Below are positions 28,389 through 32,000 of a stretch of DNA of 32,000 nucleotides, piece after piece. Every line of letters starts with the position of its first letter. Position 1 is the first letter of the stretch. The stretch lies in NCBI RefSeq assembly GCF_000008645.1, contig NC_000916.1, forward strand, positions 1,230,001-1,262,000, read 5' to 3'. The notes under the pieces were generated by a model. That model was not told the DNA's origin and ran no database searches. It was given only the letters and a program-made list of their open reading frames with translations. Made by a program: the position numbers and the translations under genes. This DNA is from Methanothermobacter thermautotrophicus str. Delta H. GTDB taxonomy: Archaea > Methanobacteriota > Methanobacteria > Methanobacteriales > Methanothermobacteraceae.

Positions 28389-29321
28389 ATGGAGATACTC
28401 AGGCCATCTGACCTGAAGGAGAGGTTCCAGGACCCCTGGATCTCACCATACCGGAAGGTCCTCACAATGGTGGACAGGGACATGGTTGAGATCCTGGAGT
28501 ACCACCCCTGCGTTTCAGGGTCAGAGTGGATGATATACCAGTACCAGAGATCCAGCAGACTCATAGAGAGGGCCCGGAGAGACGGTAACAGGCACAGCTA
28601 CCTTGCACGTACAGGTAAAGCTCCCATAGAACTCCAGGCCAGCCTTAACGCCGCTGGAATAGAGGAGGTGGCGGTTGAGGGTGATGAGGTCCGTGTTGTG
28701 CATGCAGGCCTTGCAGGTGCAGGTGTCGGCGCCGCCATGTGCCGGGGCATGGCTGAGGGTGTTAAGAGGATAGAACTCTACGAGGTCGGTGGTGGTTCAA
28801 AGCCGGGCCGGGCCGCTGTTATAACCCCCCGCCTTGAGAAGGTTGTTATCGGGATAGATGACACAGACACGCCAGAGAGCGGGGCCACCTGGACCCTTGC
28901 AAACAACATAGGACTGGAGGCCAGAAAACAGGGTTTTGAGTACATCGACCATGTCACGGTACAGCTCTACCCCCACAACCCACACAAGACACAGAACTGT
29001 GTGTCGGTTGCCCTTGCATTTGCAGTCAGACCCGGTGAAGCAGATAAACTGGTGGCCCTGGTAAGGGACCTCCTCAGGGATAACACCCTCTCAGATAAGA
29101 CAGCCATGGCAGTCCTGAGGGGTATAGTGGTGCCTGAAAAACTGAGGGAGTACTCTGCAAAATCCAAGAGGACCCTCATGGAAGTGGAGGAAGCCGAAGG
29201 GGTTGCCAGGGAACTTGGCGTGGAGCTAATCGAGGTTACCGGTTCTCAGGGCAAGATAGGGGCCCTTGCAGCCCTTGGACTCTACGATGATCCGGAGGAG
29301 GCCGCCAGGGTCTACTACTAG
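28389..29321 (+). CDS. Conserved hypothetical protein with a TiaS-like GIDDTDTPESGATW motif (possibly methanogenesis marker protein 11 family)
   Basis: Track ORF 28305..29321 overlaps ribH. ATG 28389 (MEILRPSDL) is preceded by GGGGAG. The motif VVIGIDDTDTPESGATWTL at about 28846-28893 resembles the N-terminal nucleotide-binding motif of tRNA(Ile2) agmatidine synthetase. The family name is from memory and unverified. Confidence 0.6.
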   Translation: MEILRPSDLKERFQDPWISPYRKVLTMVDRDMVEILEYHPCVSGSEWMIYQYQRSSRLIERARRDGNRHSYLARTGKAPIELQASLNAAGIEEVAVEGDEVRVVHAGLAGAGVGAAMCRGMAEGVKRIELYEVGGGSKPGRAAVITPRLEKVVIGIDDTDTPESGATWTLANNIGLEARKQGFEYIDHVTVQLYPHNPHKTQNCVSVALAFAVRPGEADKLVALVRDLLRDNTLSDKTAMAVLRGIVVPEKLREYSAKSKRTLMEVEEAEGVARELGVELIEVTGSQGKIGALAALGLYDDPEEAARVYY

Positions 29322-29395
29322 TACGGAATAAATCCATGCTACTTATGGGGCTCTTCAGAGGCATCCAGGTGGGCTAGGGAACTCAGACCACCTGA

Positions 29396-31090
29396 TCAGA
29401 GCCATACATTCAGGAACCTGCCCTCAGAGGATTTAGCAAAGCGCATATCATCCATGGCCCCGCTCCGGACCTCAATTTTTATTACATGAGCTCCCCAGTA
29501 AATCCTGTGATCGGTGTCCTTGCCCCTGAATATTATCCTGCCCGCGGCAACACCATCCACGTAAACTGTGTAGGTCCCATTCTCCATTGCCCCTGTGGTG
29601 CGGGCAACCATCCTGTCATCCAGATAGACCCGGACCTCTGCCCCCGGTGAATCATCATCCTGGATTATGATGCCATTGTAGACCGTCAGATTTGAGTCTG
29701 AGATGTTTCTCAGTGCATAGACATTGCTGAACACCTTGCGGAGGTTCCCGTCCTGGATAACATCACCCACATTGAGCCCCAGGGCGTTCCTTGCCCCGGA
29801 TGGTACCCTCATTATGTTGGTTTCGCCTTCCCGTGTCCTGTTAAGTGTATAGGCCTCTCCGGCCAGGAATATGCGGTCGCCGTAATTGAGGTCAAGGGTG
29901 TTTATGGCCTCCTCAGGAATTCTTATTGAATTATTTTCATTTTCAAGGGCACTGTCAACTCTGTAGGGTCCCCTGACATCGAATGTCCTGTTTTCATTGC
30001 TCTTCTTCCATATTATAAGGTTTCCAGATGTTGGCTCAATGGATATTTTCCCGTCGTCCACCTCCACGGCTCCAAGGAGGGTTGATATCATTGCAATGAG
30101 TATGAGGGCAGATATGAGTATGGGGAAGTGCATGTAGATGAAGGACCTCACTGTCTGAAGCTTACCTGCTGAACGCCTGAAAACATAGATGGATCTCCTG
30201 ATGAGCCTTAAAAAATAGTAGACCGCCATTATAAATCCTGTGAGGGATATTATGACACCCAGGACTGCTGGTATGGCCCTTATGAAAAATATGCTGAAGA
30301 CCCCAAGGGTTGTGAGTGATAGACCAAGGATGCACATCCTTATTGATTTCCCCATGGAATCCATCATGGTTATTCTGCCGTACTCCAGGGCCCTGTCAAC
30401 TATTGTCCTAACAACCTCGTTGGCGACGACATTGAGATCCTTCAGGCTCGCCATGTCATGGTGTATGTTCCCGATATCCACCTCCCTCACGGTGAGGCCC
30501 AGGACATCGGCGTCCAGTACTATGCCAACATCAACCCCGTAGTCCTCCTCAAATTTCATCTTCTCAAGGGCCGATCTTTTAGCTGCGAACTGTCCGCTCA
30601 GGGGCTGTTCAAATTTTATCTCAGGGAAGAAGAACTTAAGAAGGGGTTTGGCTGTTAACTCAGTAACCCTCCCGGCCTTTCTTCTGAATCTGGTCTTTGT
30701 GAGGTCGGCCCTCCCCGTTATTATGGGTTTTATCATCCTTTCAATCTTCTCTGTTGTCATGTTCTCAAGGTCAGCGTCGACAAAGACCACTATGTCGCCC
30801 CGGGAATGCTTGAAACCTGTTTTTAGGGCTGCCCCCTTTCCGCGGTTGCTTGTATGCCTTATAACAGTGGCGCCTGCATCCTCTGCAGCACCAGCAGTAT
30901 TATCTGTGGATCCATCATCCACAACGATAACCTCGTCCACCATATCTGATTTTCTGGCTGCTTCAATTACACTTCCAACTGTTTTTTCCTCGTTTAATGC
31001 AGGTATAACCACCGATACAGTGTGGCTTTTATCCTTCACTGCTCTGAAAGCGCATAGAAAGAACACAACCATGAGAATGAGCCATGACAT
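29396..31090 (-). CDS. Membrane-anchored family 2 glycosyltransferase with a large C-terminal (probably extracytoplasmic) domain
   Basis: The 564-aa ORF has an N-terminal helix, a GT2 core (VVIPALNEE...VVDDGSTDNT...VFVDADL), then three or four helices and an about 230-aa C-terminal domain rich in N-x-S/T sequons. GGTG lies upstream of ATG 31090. Confidence 0.8.
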   Translation of the reverse strand: MSWLILMVVFFLCAFRAVKDKSHTVSVVIPALNEEKTVGSVIEAARKSDMVDEVIVVDDGSTDNTAGAAEDAGATVIRHTSNRGKGAALKTGFKHSRGDIVVFVDADLENMTTEKIERMIKPIITGRADLTKTRFRRKAGRVTELTAKPLLKFFFPEIKFEQPLSGQFAAKRSALEKMKFEEDYGVDVGIVLDADVLGLTVREVDIGNIHHDMASLKDLNVVANEVVRTIVDRALEYGRITMMDSMGKSIRMCILGLSLTTLGVFSIFFIRAIPAVLGVIISLTGFIMAVYYFLRLIRRSIYVFRRSAGKLQTVRSFIYMHFPILISALILIAMISTLLGAVEVDDGKISIEPTSGNLIIWKKSNENRTFDVRGPYRVDSALENENNSIRIPEEAINTLDLNYGDRIFLAGEAYTLNRTREGETNIMRVPSGARNALGLNVGDVIQDGNLRKVFSNVYALRNISDSNLTVYNGIIIQDDDSPGAEVRVYLDDRMVARTTGAMENGTYTVYVDGVAAGRIIFRGKDTDHRIYWGAHVIKIEVRSGAMDDMRFAKSSEGRFLNVWL

Positions 31091-31136
31091 CAGTACACCT
31101 TCTGATACTCTGTAACTCTCTATTGGTAGAATCCCC

Positions 31137-31143
31137 TTATATA
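31137..31143 (-). promoter_or_regulatory. TATA box candidate for the GT2 gene (minus-strand TATATAA)
   Basis: CCCCTTATATACTG on the plus strand lies about 50 nt upstream of ATG 31090 when read on the minus strand. Confidence 0.35.
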
Positions 31144-31213
31144 CTGTTATGAAGACCTGTAAATGGTCCCTGCGGGAGGTGCCATCTATTAAATATGACC
31201 TCCGATAGATTCT

Positions 31214-31225
31214 CTATATATAAAG
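31214..31225 (+). promoter_or_regulatory. TATA element CTATATATAAAG upstream of purE
   Basis: An AT-rich box lies 19-30 nt upstream of ATG 31244. The 12-mer is identical to the one at 3514-3525. Its orientation and which gene it serves are ambiguous. Confidence 0.35.
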
Positions 31226-31243
31226 TTAAAGGTGAATCTCCAG

Positions 31244-32000
31244 ATGAAGCCCAGAGTGATGATACTCCTTGGAAGTGCATCTGATTTCAGGATAGCCGAA
31301 AAGGCAATGGAAATCTTTGAGGAACTCAGGATACCCTATGACCTGAGGGTTGCCTCAGCCCACAGGACACATGAAAAGGTAAAGGCAATAGTCTCAGAGG
31401 CCGTGAAGGCGGGTGTTGAGGTATTCATAGGAATAGCAGGACTATCAGCCCATCTTCCAGGCATGATATCTGCAAACACCCACAGACCCGTCATAGGGGT
31501 CCCTGTTGACGTTAAACTTGGAGGGCTCGACGCCCTCTTTGCATGTTCACAGATGCCCTTCCCTGCCCCCGTCGCCACTGTGGGGGTAGACAGGGGAGAA
31601 AACGCCGCAATACTCGCTGCCCAGATAATAGGGATAGGAGATCCCGGGGTAAGGGAAAGGGTTGCAGATCTAAGGAGAGGTTTCTATGAACGCGTGCGGA
31701 GAGATGAATGTCAGGTGCTCAACAGCATAGAGGGGTCCTACTATGCACCCCTGGAGGTTGAAATGCCTCCCATTGGTGATAAGGTCCCGTCAGATTCCCA
31801 GGATGACCCCATGGTATCTGTGATACCTGGCAGCTACTCTGACATGAAGATAGCCAAGAAGACCACCATGTTCCTCGAAAGGATGGGTATAAGCTATGAT
31901 CTGAACGTCATATCACCCATAAGGTACCCTGAAAGATTTGAGAGGTACCTTGAGAAGATGGAGAACGTGAAGCTCTTCATAGCCATAAGCGGCCTCTCTG
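31244..32000 (+). CDS. purE: PurE (AIR carboxylase / N5-CAIR mutase family), tandem two-domain fusion, 3' end outside the window
   Basis: Not in the track because it stays open to the window edge. ATG 31244 follows AGGTGA. Domain 1 has GSASD, SAHRT and AGLSAHLPG. A second PurE-like domain starts near 31807 (VIPGSYSD...). There is no stop before position 32000. Confidence 0.85.
   Translation, partial: MKPRVMILLGSASDFRIAEKAMEIFEELRIPYDLRVASAHRTHEKVKAIVSEAVKAGVEVFIGIAGLSAHLPGMISANTHRPVIGVPVDVKLGGLDALFACSQMPFPAPVATVGVDRGENAAILAAQIIGIGDPGVRERVADLRRGFYERVRRDECQVLNSIEGSYYAPLEVEMPPIGDKVPSDSQDDPMVSVIPGSYSDMKIAKKTTMFLERMGISYDLNVISPIRYPERFERYLEKMENVKLFIAISGLS

Noticed and set aside
1-32000. CRISPR arrays, transposases or integrases, toxin-antitoxin pairs, riboswitches upstream of ribH, moeA, mat or purE
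   Set aside because: I found no regularly spaced direct repeats and no ORF with recombinase, transposase or nuclease-like motifs. The spacers upstream of ribH (13 nt) and moeA (about 40 nt to the TATA box) are too short for riboswitch aptamers. The window looks like core genome, not an accessory island.

Overview
This window reads as core chromosome of a methanogenic archaeon, most likely a Methanothermobacter-like member of the Methanobacteriales. That assignment is an inference from gene content: HdrA, serine hydroxymethyltransferase (SHMT) followed by a DmrX-like Fe-S flavoprotein, archaeal-type SAM synthetase, RadA and a multi-OB-fold RPA. It also rests on ribosome-binding sites of the GGAGGTGAT family. 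About 30 protein genes sit in tightly packed co-directional blocks: mat-ileS-purL-polyprenol kinase, glyA-dmrX, an ABC-2 transporter operon, and leuC-leuD-leuB-cysteine desulfurase-micropeptide-ribH-unknown. I found no rRNA, tRNA, CRISPR array, transposase, integrase or recognisable defence island, and I cannot support a new multi-gene system here. Six things deserve a second look. (1) A sharply bounded 167-codon stretch inside leuB has almost no T-ending codons. (2-4) Three independent single-nucleotide reading-frame disruptions affect the RPA single-strand-binding gene, an ABC-2 permease and an Hsp20-like gene. (5) An untracked 26-codon membrane micropeptide with a strong SD lies between the cysteine desulfurase gene and ribH. 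(6) A conserved unknown protein carries a TiaS-like GIDDTD motif, a membrane GT2 glycosyltransferase carries an unusual C-terminal domain, and purE is a tandem fusion with a degenerate second domain. Several starts were moved from the ORF-track start to the SD-supported start.
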